64,000 nt of DNA from NCBI GenBank assembly GCA_003518365.1, contig DOYU01000021.1, positions 492-64,491 of the forward strand, in the 5' to 3' direction. The translations under genes were made by a program, and so were the position numbers. The notes below the pieces were generated by a model. It had not been told where the DNA came from. It saw nothing but the letters and a program-made list of their open reading frames with translations, and ran no database searches. Below are positions 17,610-26,493 of this stretch, piece after piece (positions within the stretch are counted from its first letter, which is position 1; each line of letters opens with the position of its first letter). Source of the stretch: Candidatus Magasanikiibacteriota bacterium. GTDB taxonomy: Bacteria > Patescibacteriota > Patescibacteriia > Magasanikbacterales > UBA922.

Positions 17610-18524
17610 CTACAATACAAAAAGTGCTGAGCCCAGTATAACAAATATCATCGCCACTGTCTGTACGGCAATCTCTCGACGAGAAAATGTTTCTTTCAAA
17701 ACACGTGGCGCAAATTTGGTGAGGAGCACGATGAAGAGGGTCATCAAGGCATACTGCACACCAACAAGTGCATTCACGAGCGTCACACTACCAACTGCGA
17801 TCGCGAGCTGGATGAGGACCACACCGACCACGCCGAGGACTTTGTTACTCACAATAATCAGTATGCCTCTGACGCCGCGAAACGCAGCGTTTTCTCCTTC
17901 TGCTTTTTTCACTCGATGAAACGTATTGCGAACAGCAGGAGAAAAAAGACAAACAATCCCAACCAACCCGGTCGTGGCGCGCGTCCACACAAATCCGGTG
18001 AGAAATGGATAGAGTTCATACAAATATTTTGCTGTCACGTGTGAGATAGCAAAGAGAAGAGCCGCAAGGATTCCCCACGCAAAACTGCTGTTGAATTCTA
18101 CAAGCCCTTTCTCATTAAAAAATGCGAGTAACAATGTTGCTCCTGCAAGCACTGCCATGCCGGCGATCTCAATCGTGCGAAGTGTTTCCCCGAGAAAAAC
18201 AAACGCGAGCACAAAAATAACAATGGTAATCATCGCGCCAATAAATGGGTTGATATGGCTTGCTTCTCCCTTTTTTACGGACAAAAACATTGCCCACAAA
18301 CCAAATCCAAATCCAAGCCCAGAGACAAGTGCCCAGAGCCAATCAATCCCATGTAAAAGCCCTACTCCAAACGGAAACGCAAGCAGCGCGCCAAACATGA
18401 AGATGGTAGAATAAAACGTATACACAATAGGATTGCTAAGTGTTTTTGTGAGGATCAATTTGTCGAGCACAAACACAATCGCAAGTGCAACGTATCCGGC
18501 AAGAGCAAGAAGTAACCAAAGCAT
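17610..18524 (-). CDS. EamA/DMT-family transporter (10 TM helices)
   Basis: Two-fold repeated 5-TM architecture, 304 aa, hydrophobic throughout. Confidence 0.6.
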   Translation of the reverse strand: MLWLLLALAGYVALAIVFVLDKLILTKTLSNPIVYTFYSTIFMFGALLAFPFGVGLLHGIDWLWALVSGLGFGFGLWAMFLSVKKGEASHINPFIGAMITIVIFVLAFVFLGETLRTIEIAGMAVLAGATLLLAFFNEKGLVEFNSSFAWGILAALLFAISHVTAKYLYELYPFLTGFVWTRATTGLVGIVCLFSPAVRNTFHRVKKAEGENAAFRGVRGILIIVSNKVLGVVGVVLIQLAIAVGSVTLVNALVGVQYALMTLFIVLLTKFAPRVLKETFSRREIAVQTVAMIFVILGSALFVL

Positions 18525-18527
18525 AGA

Positions 18528-19430
18528 TTAAGAAAAATACGGAATCCCCCACCAAAGAGATGGCTCAACATAACGGTGCGGGATTTCAAGTGCGAGTAAC
18601 TTCGTTATATCTTCTTGTGACAATGTGAAAGAAATTGCATCGATATTTTCAGCAATGCGTGACGGCGTGGTACTTTTTGGAATGACCACAACACCTCGGT
18701 CAAGGCCAAAACGAAGGAGCACCTGTGCTGGTGTTTTTCCATACGCTTTAGCAATCGACATAACAATGGGATGATCAATCAGTTTTGGGGTAGGATCTCC
18801 TTCATGCTGTCCGCCAGGACGACCAAGTGGTGAATACGCCGTTATATGAATATTTTTTTCATGACAAAATGCGCGGAGGGATTCTTGTGGCAAGTACGGA
18901 TGCATTTCCACTTGATTCATCGCCGGCACAATTGCCACTCGCTCGAGCAGCGATGTGAGCATGTCTTCTGTAAAATTTGACACACCAATTGCGCGGACTA
19001 ATCCCGTTTCAACCAACATCTCCATTGCTTGCCATGTTTCTTCAAAAGGAATATCAATAATCTCACCTGTATCATTTTGTGCAATTCTCCAATGCATCAG
19101 ATACAAATCTAGATAGTCGAGCTGTAGGTCTTTCAATGTCTTTTCACACGCATGGCGCACACGAGTTGGATCATGTTCGGTATTCCAGAGTTTGCTTGTG
19201 ATGAAGACGTCCTCTCGTTTCACACTGCCACGAGAAAACACACTGCTCAGTGCCTCTCCGATTTCTGCTTCATTTTCATAAATCGCCGCACAATCGATGT
19301 GCGTGTATCCAGCCTCTTCGAGCGCATAGCGCACCGCCTCCCCCACTTTCCCAGCCTCAGCCTTCCACGTCCCCAGCCCAATCTGTGGCATGTTCATCCC
19401 AGTATTCAACTCGATCATCGGAAGAACCAT
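18528..19430 (-). CDS. Aldo/keto reductase
   Basis: LNTGMNMPQIGLGTWK, DCAAIYENE, LDYLDLYLMHW and IPKSTTPSRIAENI are all AKR family hallmarks. Confidence 0.88.
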   Translation of the reverse strand: MVLPMIELNTGMNMPQIGLGTWKAEAGKVGEAVRYALEEAGYTHIDCAAIYENEAEIGEALSSVFSRGSVKREDVFITSKLWNTEHDPTRVRHACEKTLKDLQLDYLDLYLMHWRIAQNDTGEIIDIPFEETWQAMEMLVETGLVRAIGVSNFTEDMLTSLLERVAIVPAMNQVEMHPYLPQESLRAFCHEKNIHITAYSPLGRPGGQHEGDPTPKLIDHPIVMSIAKAYGKTPAQVLLRFGLDRGVVVIPKSTTPSRIAENIDAISFTLSQEDITKLLALEIPHRYVEPSLWWGIPYFS

Positions 19431-19488
19431 ATTTGAAATTAGAAATTAGAAATTTGTCCCGCAGAGACGGGATCCCGCTTTGCGGGAC

Positions 19489-20856
19489 TTACATTAAATG
19501 CATATCTTCTATCTCACTCCTCTTTCCCTTCAGCACAATCTCTTCTATATGATACGCACCATTTCTCGGCGCATTGAGAAAGCCACTCATGGCAGCCTCA
19601 GCCAGCCAGCCGGATTCGAGCCAGTCAAAGAGCCATTCGTGTGTAAACGCCGGATCTTCTTGTTCAAATCCTGCATTCACGGCATGAAGCCAGGCCTTAT
19701 TGTATTCTTCTTGCGACCCAATTGTTGGTGCGATAATGATCGGAATACCAAGGCCGGCGTAAAATGACAATTCACTCGGCTTTGTCCAAAGAATATCTGT
19801 GGTGCGGAGTACTTCGTTAAATTGTGAAAAATAATCCAGCTTATGTTTTGCAAACATAATATTCACCGTACCACCAAGATGTTTTTCGAGATGAAGTTCT
19901 TTTACTTTTTCATCATAAAATCGATACACATCATTGCGTGAACCAGCGACAAGATTGAGACGAACAGTTCCTTTTTCTATATGTACACGCAAACTTTCGA
20001 GAATCGTGACTCCCACATCTCGCTGAGCACCAGCACCACCGACAGCGAAGGTAATGGTCAATGGATGTTTTGCATTCAAATTGCAATACTGCTTGCCGAG
20101 GTAGGTATGCAACGTGCTTTCGTATTTTTTTTGATATTTTCCATGCGGATCGAGATTGCCAATACGACACCCAAGATCTTCTTTGAGTGTTTTGATAGTC
20201 TTCCCCCCAATATTTTCTTTTGGTAATGGAAATCCTGTCACAAAAATATTTTTTTCTTTCACCCCATACAGCATGAGACGCTGTTTTACTCGCTTTGTAG
20301 GTGCAAAGTACTGAATTCTACTTTTTTCAGGATGAAGCGGAGCCCAGGCACGACTAATATCCGTATCTGTACACAAGCAAAAAATGTCCCCTTTGTATCC
20401 ATGCTCTTCGGCAAAAAATGCCGTGATGAAAAAGGACGTGACAAATGGTTTTGGATCTTCATTGAGCACCTCTATAAGATGTTTCCCCCACCCTTTTGAA
20501 ATCATCTTATAAATTTGTTTGAGCTGAAGTGATGGCGCTGACAAATCTCTCTTTGGATAAAATGGTTTGATCCGCTGGACATAGTCCATGATATCAAAAA
20601 TCGGCTGGCCAATGAGCGGAATCTTTTTCATACGAGAAATAGTCTCGTACACTTTTTGATTATTTTCCCACGTTCGTTTGTCTTTTTTGGGAATACCGCC
20701 GTAATTGTTTGCCGTGATGATCCCAGCTTGTTGCCACCCTACCGGGCAGGCAGCCATATCTTTCAATGGATATACCGCCCGCTGATGTCCGTATCCCATG
20801 TCTACTGTGACAATATAGGCCTCTTTGTTTGATTGTGGTGTTTTTTTCGTTGCCAT
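19489..20856 (-). CDS. GT-B fold glycosyltransferase (MGDG-synthase/UgtP-like); tentative
   Basis: N-terminal VDMGYGHQRA and C-terminal TKPSELSFYAGLGIPIIIAPTIGSQEEYNKAWL resemble the GT28/MGDG-synthase pattern. Start set at ATG 20856 (MATKKT). Confidence 0.45.
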   Translation of the reverse strand: MATKKTPQSNKEAYIVTVDMGYGHQRAVYPLKDMAACPVGWQQAGIITANNYGGIPKKDKRTWENNQKVYETISRMKKIPLIGQPIFDIMDYVQRIKPFYPKRDLSAPSLQLKQIYKMISKGWGKHLIEVLNEDPKPFVTSFFITAFFAEEHGYKGDIFCLCTDTDISRAWAPLHPEKSRIQYFAPTKRVKQRLMLYGVKEKNIFVTGFPLPKENIGGKTIKTLKEDLGCRIGNLDPHGKYQKKYESTLHTYLGKQYCNLNAKHPLTITFAVGGAGAQRDVGVTILESLRVHIEKGTVRLNLVAGSRNDVYRFYDEKVKELHLEKHLGGTVNIMFAKHKLDYFSQFNEVLRTTDILWTKPSELSFYAGLGIPIIIAPTIGSQEEYNKAWLHAVNAGFEQEDPAFTHEWLFDWLESGWLAEAAMSGFLNAPRNGAYHIEEIVLKGKRSEIEDMHLM

Positions 20857-20954
20857 AGCGAGTATGAATAGTATATCACAAAAATTATTCTGCTCACATG
20901 GCGAGTCTTGATTTTTTCGTGTATATTGAGTATTATAGCGAAGCAAAAAAAGAT

Positions 20955-20983
20955 GGGCTTGTCCTGCCTTTCGCGAAAGGCGG
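20955..20983 (+). repeat. Left copy of the direct repeat flanking the GIY-YIG gene (contains hairpin CCTGCCTTTCGCGAAAGGCGG)
   Basis: GGGCTTGTCCTGCCTTTCGCGAAAGGCGG. The near-identical copy at 21322-21351 differs by a G/T substitution at the first base and one extra C. It is followed by a second hairpin, TCCCTCCCTTC-acg-GAAGGGAGGGA (20989-21014). Confidence 0.7.
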
Positions 20984-21047
20984 AGCGCGTCCCTCCCTTC
21001 ACGAAGGGAGGGATATATCGTATAGTGTGTATCAAACAGGAGGGGCT

Positions 21048-21296
21048 ATGTTCTATACCTACCTATTGCAAAGTACAAAGGACAACAATTTTTATATTGG
21101 ATCAACGACGGATTTAAAAAGAAGATTCACCGAACATAACGATGGGAAAGTTTCTTCAACAAAATTTCGTCGTCCAATGAAATTGGTATATTACGAAGCC
21201 TATCCAGAAGAACATCTGGCACGAGTACGCGAACAAAAATTAAAAGATTTTGGTTCAGCATACACAGCACTATTAAAAAGATTAGGGTATAAATAA
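21048..21296 (+). CDS. Small GIY-YIG nuclease family protein (UPF0213/YhbQ-like)
   Basis: MFYTYLLQSTKDNNFYIGSTTDLKRRFTEHN carries the GIY..YIG and R..H motifs. ATG 21048 is preceded by AGGAGGGG. Confidence 0.85.
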   Translation: MFYTYLLQSTKDNNFYIGSTTDLKRRFTEHNDGKVSSTKFRRPMKLVYYEAYPEEHLARVREQKLKDFGSAYTALLKRLGYK

Positions 21297-21321
21297 TATA
21301 GATATATAGTACGTTGTATAG

Positions 21322-21351
21322 TGGCTTGTCCCTGCCTTTCGCGAAAGGCGG
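21322..21351 (+). repeat. Right copy of the direct repeat flanking the GIY-YIG gene
   Basis: TGGCTTGTCCCTGCCTTTCGCGAAAGGCGG. Confidence 0.7.
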
Positions 21352-21411
21352 GATAAATACTGTGGTCTTCAAAAGAAGATGAGGCAAACAAAAAAATGCA
21401 TATACATACAT

Positions 21412-21482
21412 GGGCGCATCGTATAGTGGTAGTACATTGGTCTCCAAAACCAATTGCGTGGGTTCGATTCCTACTGCGCCTG
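21412..21482 (+). tRNA. tRNA-Trp (anticodon CCA)
   Basis: Folded by hand into a cloverleaf: acceptor GGGCGCA/TGCGCCT, anticodon stem TTGGT/ACCAA, loop CTCCAAA, T-arm GTGGG-TTCGATT-CCTAC. CCA is not encoded. Confidence 0.9.
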
Positions 21483-21538
21483 CACTGGAAAACATACCAA
21501 AAATAAGGTATGTTTTTATAGATAATAGAATAAACGAT

Positions 21539-21973
21539 ATGAAAAAAATAACCATCTCCCCCATGCCGACAATAGATTTTCTCTACATATTTTTTGCAGG
21601 TCTTTTGGGGGCAATCAGCTTCGGCATTGTATTTGGACTCATTGGTCTCTTGTTTGCAGATTATCTCGGCTTTCCACTCGCGGTAGGATCTGAAGAATTT
21701 ATGATGGGAGCTAGCATGATCTTCTACAGTACGCTTGCAATACCAGTCGGCGCATATATTGGATGCCTCAAAACTGCAAAATATTTATCATATACAACAA
21801 AAGACCTATACTCTTATTTTACAGGGTTTGTCCTTATTGCGATTGGATTATTTTTGAAAGATTATGTAAGTGTCTATTCATTGCTAGCATTCGGTGCAGT
21901 CAGTGCATTGGTCTTTGCAATGGTAATGGGGGTCTCTGCAAGCAAATCACAAAAGTCTGACATGACAAAATAG
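21539..21973 (+). CDS. Hypothetical small membrane protein (4 TM helices)
   Basis: ATG 21539 (MKKITISPM...). The track ORF start at 21410 overlaps the tRNA, so it is rejected. Hydrophobic segments throughout. Confidence 0.5.
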   Translation: MKKITISPMPTIDFLYIFFAGLLGAISFGIVFGLIGLLFADYLGFPLAVGSEEFMMGASMIFYSTLAIPVGAYIGCLKTAKYLSYTTKDLYSYFTGFVLIAIGLFLKDYVSVYSLLAFGAVSALVFAMVMGVSASKSQKSDMTK

Positions 21974-22063
21974 GTCAAATCGATTTAATCGTTATTCATA
22001 TCCAGCCCCAAGCTGAATTTTGAAGTATCGTTCCAAGTGCGTCTCACAACGCATGCTAACAAG

Positions 22064-22092
22064 ATAAGACTTACCCTAGTCTTATTTTTTTT
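22064..22092 (+). terminator. Intrinsic terminator
   Basis: ATAAGACT-taccct-AGTCTTAT followed by TTTTTTTT. Confidence 0.65.
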
Positions 22093-22176
22093 ACCAAAAA
22101 TTGGATAATGTTTCTATAATAATATACTATATATGATAATCAAGAATATATTATTCAAGATTAATAGATATAGATT

Positions 22177-22827
22177 ATGTATAGAAAAGGAGAAGTCATA
22201 GGTGTCGGGAATGACAAACGCATATATGCTGACGCAATAACTCCTGAGACAAGAGTTATTGCTGAATTTCGCAAGGAACAAACACCTGAAGAAATAAAGA
22301 GTGTGTACTATCTTGGGAACATAGCTCATATATTATTCCCTCAAAATGTACCCAAAGTATATGAAGCAGGGATGCATCCACAAGAACATACGAAAGTAGA
22401 AAGAAAAAAGGTGGATGTCAATCATAAAAATACGGCTGATCTCATGGTGACATACGAAGATTATTTCATGGGAGATGGTGAAACGGGACCTTCTTCAGAA
22501 GAAGATAGTGAGATGGATGTAGATATAGAAAAAAAAGAAACCGATCCAAGAGTAAAACAACTTTTAACAAAAGCGTCTTCTGTCGGATTATATTTTGATA
22601 CAGGCGGACAAAATTTTTCTTTTGACGATTTGGGTACTGTCCAATATCTTGAAGTGAATCCAGCATTTCATATAGAAAAAAACCACGTCCGTTTGCACTT
22701 CAACGAAAGCAAATTAAGAGATGCCATACAAGCATTAGAAAATGAAAAAGAGAAAAAAAAGGCTACACTATATTTCGAACGATTGATGTCTTTGATCCAA
22801 GTAGCACAAAATAATCTTATACAATAG
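22177..22827 (+). CDS. Hypothetical protein; possible atypical kinase-like fold (YrbL-like); weak
   Basis: Glycine-rich loop-like VIGVGNDKRIY near the N-terminus and LYFDTGGQNFSF resembling a kinase catalytic loop, read by eye only. Very AT-rich. Confidence 0.45.
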   Translation: MYRKGEVIGVGNDKRIYADAITPETRVIAEFRKEQTPEEIKSVYYLGNIAHILFPQNVPKVYEAGMHPQEHTKVERKKVDVNHKNTADLMVTYEDYFMGDGETGPSSEEDSEMDVDIEKKETDPRVKQLLTKASSVGLYFDTGGQNFSFDDLGTVQYLEVNPAFHIEKNHVRLHFNESKLRDAIQALENEKEKKKATLYFERLMSLIQVAQNNLIQ

Positions 22828-22913
22828 TTCCAACTTCCTCCTTCCTCTACGATCCCCTGCACCTCCTGCAGTAGCTCCTGCCGGCAGGCAGGTTAGCGAA
22901 GGCACGGCACTTG

Positions 22914-22948
22914 AAAAACAGAGTGAAAAACACTCTGTTTTTCTTTTT
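22914..22948 (+). terminator. Intrinsic terminator
   Basis: AAACAGAGTG-aaaaa-CACTCTGTTT followed by a T-rich run. Confidence 0.65.
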
Positions 22949-23002
22949 GACATGAAGGGAAGAACGGAGTATTGTACAAGTAAACATATACATTATATTG
23001 GT

Positions 23003-23212
23003 ATGGCTCATCAAAAAAATACAATCGGAAAAAACATCAAACGATTACGGCAAGAACAAAAAATTTCCCAAGATCGTCTTTCAAAACTTGCGGATCTTTC
23101 TTTGAATACTATTGTTACCGTTGAAAGTGGCGCAAACGAAAATCCTACTATTGATACGCTCACAAGGATTGCGAAAGCGTTTCAAGTTGGCGTGGATGAC
23201 CTCATAACATAA
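23003..23212 (+). CDS. XRE-family helix-turn-helix transcriptional regulator (69 aa)
   Basis: IGKNIKRLRQEQKISQDRLSKLADLSLNTIVTVESG is a canonical HTH_3. Start set at ATG 23003. Confidence 0.85.
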   Translation: MAHQKNTIGKNIKRLRQEQKISQDRLSKLADLSLNTIVTVESGANENPTIDTLTRIAKAFQVGVDDLIT

Positions 23213-23220
23213 CACCCACT

Positions 23221-24198
23221 ATGTCTAAACAAACACCTACCAATAATCTCGCTATCTACCAAGCTAAAAACGGCGCGATTGAATTTCGCGGTGATTTTGA
23301 GCAAGAGACGGTTTGGGGAAATTTAAATCAAATTGCCGATCTTTTTGGTCGCGACAAGTCCGTTGTTTCCCGCCATATAAAAAACATCTATAAAACAGGC
23401 GAATTAAACGAAACGGCAACTGTTGCAAAAATTGCAACAGTTCAAAAGGAAGGAAGGAGAGAAGTGATGCGTGAAATTGAGTACTTCAACCTTGATGTTA
23501 TTTTGTCCGTTGGGTACAGAGTAGATTCCAAGCAAGCCACGCAATTCCGCAAATGGTCAACGCAAGCGCTCAAGGCACACCTTGTAGACGGGTATACCAT
23601 CAACAAAAAACGCATCGGTAATAACTACGAACACTTTTTGCGTGCAGTGGCAGAAACAAAAGCACTCCTCCCTGTGGGCAACAAGGTTTCTACCGAGGAT
23701 ATACTTGAACTCGTGAACGCATTTGCTGCTACGTGGTTTTCGCTCGATGCATATGACAAAGACGCATTTCCTCAAAAAACAGCCTCAAAAAAGTCAGTTT
23801 CAGTTGACACTGTAAAGCTACTCAATGCGATTGGTGAGTTGAAGCAAGAACTGATAACCAAAAAGCAAGCAACAAACCTATTTGCACAAGAAAGGAAGAC
23901 GGGAACAGTAGAAGGAATCGTCGGAAATGTATTTCAGTCTGCCTTTGGCAAAGATGTATATCCAAGTATAGAAGAAAAGGCCGCACACATCCTCTACTTC
24001 ATGGTAAAAAATCATCCATTCACCGATGGCAACAAGCGCAGCGGAGCCTTTGCATTTGTTTGGTTTCTACGAAAAGCTGGTTTACTCCGACCAAGTCTTA
24101 CTCCAGAAGCGTTGACTGCCATTACCCTCCTCATTGCAGAGAGTAATCCAAAAGATAAAGACAAAATGGTGGGACTAGTGGTGATGTTAATCAAATAA
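23221..24198 (+). CDS. RhuM-family N-terminal domain fused to a Fic/Doc domain
   Basis: N-terminus: QIADLFGRDKSVVSRHIKNI ... YFNLDVILSVGYRVDSKQATQFRKW, the RhuM family pattern. C-terminus: HPFTDGNKRSGAF, which matches the Doc-type core HxFx[DN][GA]NKR. Confidence 0.8.
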   Translation: MSKQTPTNNLAIYQAKNGAIEFRGDFEQETVWGNLNQIADLFGRDKSVVSRHIKNIYKTGELNETATVAKIATVQKEGRREVMREIEYFNLDVILSVGYRVDSKQATQFRKWSTQALKAHLVDGYTINKKRIGNNYEHFLRAVAETKALLPVGNKVSTEDILELVNAFAATWFSLDAYDKDAFPQKTASKKSVSVDTVKLLNAIGELKQELITKKQATNLFAQERKTGTVEGIVGNVFQSAFGKDVYPSIEEKAAHILYFMVKNHPFTDGNKRSGAFAFVWFLRKAGLLRPSLTPEALTAITLLIAESNPKDKDKMVGLVVMLIK

Positions 24199-24200
24199 CT

Positions 24201-25322
24201 ATGGCAAATAAAAACCTTACAAAAGCAAAAAAGGCAAAAAATGATGAATTTTATACTCAATTTTCAGATATTCAAAAAGAAGTTGAGTCTTATCTTGAGT
24301 ATAACCCAGATACTTTTAAAGATAAGATAATTTACAGTAATTGTGACGACCCGTTCGAAAGTAATTTCTTTCGCTATTTTGTATTAAATTTTGATCGTTT
24401 AGGACTAAAGAGACTTATTTCAACGAGCTACAAACCCTCACCTGTTGCCAATACGCAACTGGGATTATTTGGCGATGACAAAACACTTGAAAAAGTAAAA
24501 GGCCGTCCAAAAGTAACCGCTAACAAATTCATCATCAACGAAGTTGGCGATATCGACGGCGACGGCTCTTTTACGCTAGAAGATATTGCCCAACAGCTTC
24601 GAGCGAATAAAAATAACGAATGGACTCCGCTTGAGGGCGATGGTGATTTTAGAAGTGCCGAATGTGTCGAGTTGCTCAAACAATCTGACATCGTAGTTAC
24701 TAATCCTCCATTTAGTTTATTCCGTGAATATATTACGCAACTTTTCGAACACAAAAAGCAATTTCTAATTATTGGTAGCATGAACTCAATTACTTACAAA
24801 GAAATCTTTGTGTTGATTAAAAATAATAAATTGTGGTTAGGTAATGGGTTTAATGCTGGCAATGCATATTTTTCAACTCCCAATGCGCGAAAAGATTTTG
24901 CTTCTGGTGTGTATGATGAAAAAACTGGTCTTGTAAAATTTCGGAATTGTCATTGGTTTACTAATTTAGATCATGGTCGTCGTCATCAGCCTCTTAATCT
25001 GATGACAACAAATGAAAACCTAAGATTTAATAAAAAAATGCAAGGCAAAACTACTTATGATCGTTATGACAATTATGACGCTATTGATGTACCATTTACA
25101 AAAGCTATCCCTTCTGACTACGAAGGAGTAATGGGTGTTCCTATAAGCTTTCTCGATAAGTACAATCCTAATCAGTTTGAGATATTGGGCTCTGACACAG
25201 ACATAAAAGAAGGTAAACTTCCACTTTTAATAATAAGTAAATGGAATGGAAAGCTAGACAGAGGTTATATACATGGAAAGAGAATCTTCAGTAGAATGTT
25301 TATTAAGCACAAAAAGAAATAA
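24201..25322 (+). CDS. N6-adenine DNA methyltransferase, EcoRI-methylase family
   Basis: N-terminal [16 protein letters not shown]...[18 protein letters not shown] and catalytic motif [12 protein letters not shown]. It begins 2 nt after the previous stop codon. Confidence 0.8.
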   Translation: MANKNLTKAKKAKNDEFYTQFSDIQKEVESYLEYNPDTFKDKIIYSNCDDPFESNFFRYFVLNFDRLGLKRLISTSYKPSPVANTQLGLFGDDKTLEKVKGRPKVTANKFIINEVGDIDGDGSFTLEDIAQQLRANKNNEWTPLEGDGDFRSAECVELLKQSDIVVTNPPFSLFREYITQLFEHKKQFLIIGSMNSITYKEIFVLIKNNKLWLGNGFNAGNAYFSTPNARKDFASGVYDEKTGLVKFRNCHWFTNLDHGRRHQPLNLMTTNENLRFNKKMQGKTTYDRYDNYDAIDVPFTKAIPSDYEGVMGVPISFLDKYNPNQFEILGSDTDIKEGKLPLLIISKWNGKLDRGYIHGKRIFSRMFIKHKKK

Positions 25323-25323
25323 T

Positions 25324-26487
25324 ATGAAAACAACCTTAAAAAATGATATCACCGTTAAAGAAGTTTGCGACGGCTTTGAATACAACGAATTTGAAGGAAA
25401 AGGTTTGTTTGGTCTCTCTGGCAAACTAACTATTCAGCCAGAGTATCAGCGTAATTATATTTATGCTGACGGCAAACGTGACGTTGCTGTAATTGACTCA
25501 ATTTTAAAGGGTTATCCTATCGGTTTGATCTATTTCAATCAGGCTGGTAAAGACGAGTTTGAAGTATTAGATGGTCAACAGCGCATCACGAGTATAGGTC
25601 GTTTTGTTACTGGCAAATTTGCTGTTAAAGATAAAAACGGTCACGAGCAATACTACAGCGGTATGTCTGAGAGTCAGCGTGAGCAAATTATGAAGACTAA
25701 GTTGTTGGTGTATGTGTGCGAAGGTGACGAGCCTGAGATCAAAGATTGGTTCAAGACTATTAACATTGCTGGAGTGCCATTAACTGAACAAGAGATTCTT
25801 AACGCGGTATATTCTGGGCCATTCGTTACTCGAGCTCGTGAAGAGTTTAGTAATAGTCAAAATACCAACATCCAGAAATGGAGTGCGTACATCGCAGGTG
25901 ATATCAAGCGTCAGGCATACTTGGAACGAGCTCTAGATTGGGTTTCTGATGGATCAATCGATAGTTATATGAGCAAACACCGCAATGACAAAAATATTAC
26001 TGAACTAAAAAAACATTTTGATACTATCATTGACTGGGTCTCAACTATCTTTACTGACGTTGAGAGCGATATGAAAGGCCTTGAGTGGAACAGGATTTAT
26101 GAGACATATCACAAGAAGAAATACAATCCGACTACCATCTCTGCTTCTGTTCAGAAGCTCTATGCTGATGGTTTCGTAAAAAGTCGCAAAGGCATTTTTG
26201 AATATGTTTTAGGCGGAGAAGTTGAAACTAAACTACTTGAAATACGAGTATTTGAGGACTCAACAAAACGTTCAGTTTACGAAGCTCAAACTGCTATTGC
26301 AAAGAAAAAAGGTGTTTCAAACTGTCCACATTGTGCTATTGGGCATGATGCCAATAAAGAAAAAATTTGGACTTTAAGCGATATGGATGCTGATCATGTG
26401 GCTGCTTGGAGTAAAGGTGGAAAAACGGAAGCAAAAAACTGTGAGATGTTGTGTAAAACGCATAATCGTGCCAAAGGTAATCGGTAA
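25324..26487 (+). CDS. DUF262 (ParB/GmrS-like NTPase) fused to an HNH endonuclease
   Basis: N-terminus: IQPEYQRNY ... [10 protein letters not shown], the DUF262 hallmark. C-terminus: CPHCAIG...[12 protein letters not shown]...[15 protein letters not shown], the HNH motif. Start set at ATG 25324, 1 nt after the methyltransferase stop codon. Confidence 0.8.
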   Translation: MKTTLKNDITVKEVCDGFEYNEFEGKGLFGLSGKLTIQPEYQRNYIYADGKRDVAVIDSILKGYPIGLIYFNQAGKDEFEVLDGQQRITSIGRFVTGKFAVKDKNGHEQYYSGMSESQREQIMKTKLLVYVCEGDEPEIKDWFKTINIAGVPLTEQEILNAVYSGPFVTRAREEFSNSQNTNIQKWSAYIAGDIKRQAYLERALDWVSDGSIDSYMSKHRNDKNITELKKHFDTIIDWVSTIFTDVESDMKGLEWNRIYETYHKKKYNPTTISASVQKLYADGFVKSRKGIFEYVLGGEVETKLLEIRVFEDSTKRSVYEAQTAIAKKKGVSNCPHCAIGHDANKEKIWTLSDMDADHVAAWSKGGKTEAKNCEMLCKTHNRAKGNR

Positions 26488-26493
26488 AATATT

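Noticed and set aside
21127-21564. 145-aa minus-strand ORF and the 21410 start of the plus-strand ORF, both overlapping tRNA-Trp
   Set aside because: They overlap a well-folding tRNA and the GIY-YIG gene. The plus-strand protein is better started at ATG 21539, after the tRNA.
24201-25322. Whether the EcoRI-family methyltransferase implies a GAATTC-specific R-M system, checked through GAATTC avoidance
   Set aside because: GAATTC occurs repeatedly in the window, including inside the island (for example near 350, 4450, 28475, 28543, 29796, 30590), so no depletion is evident. Family membership does not fix specificity, and no EcoRI-like endonuclease is present.
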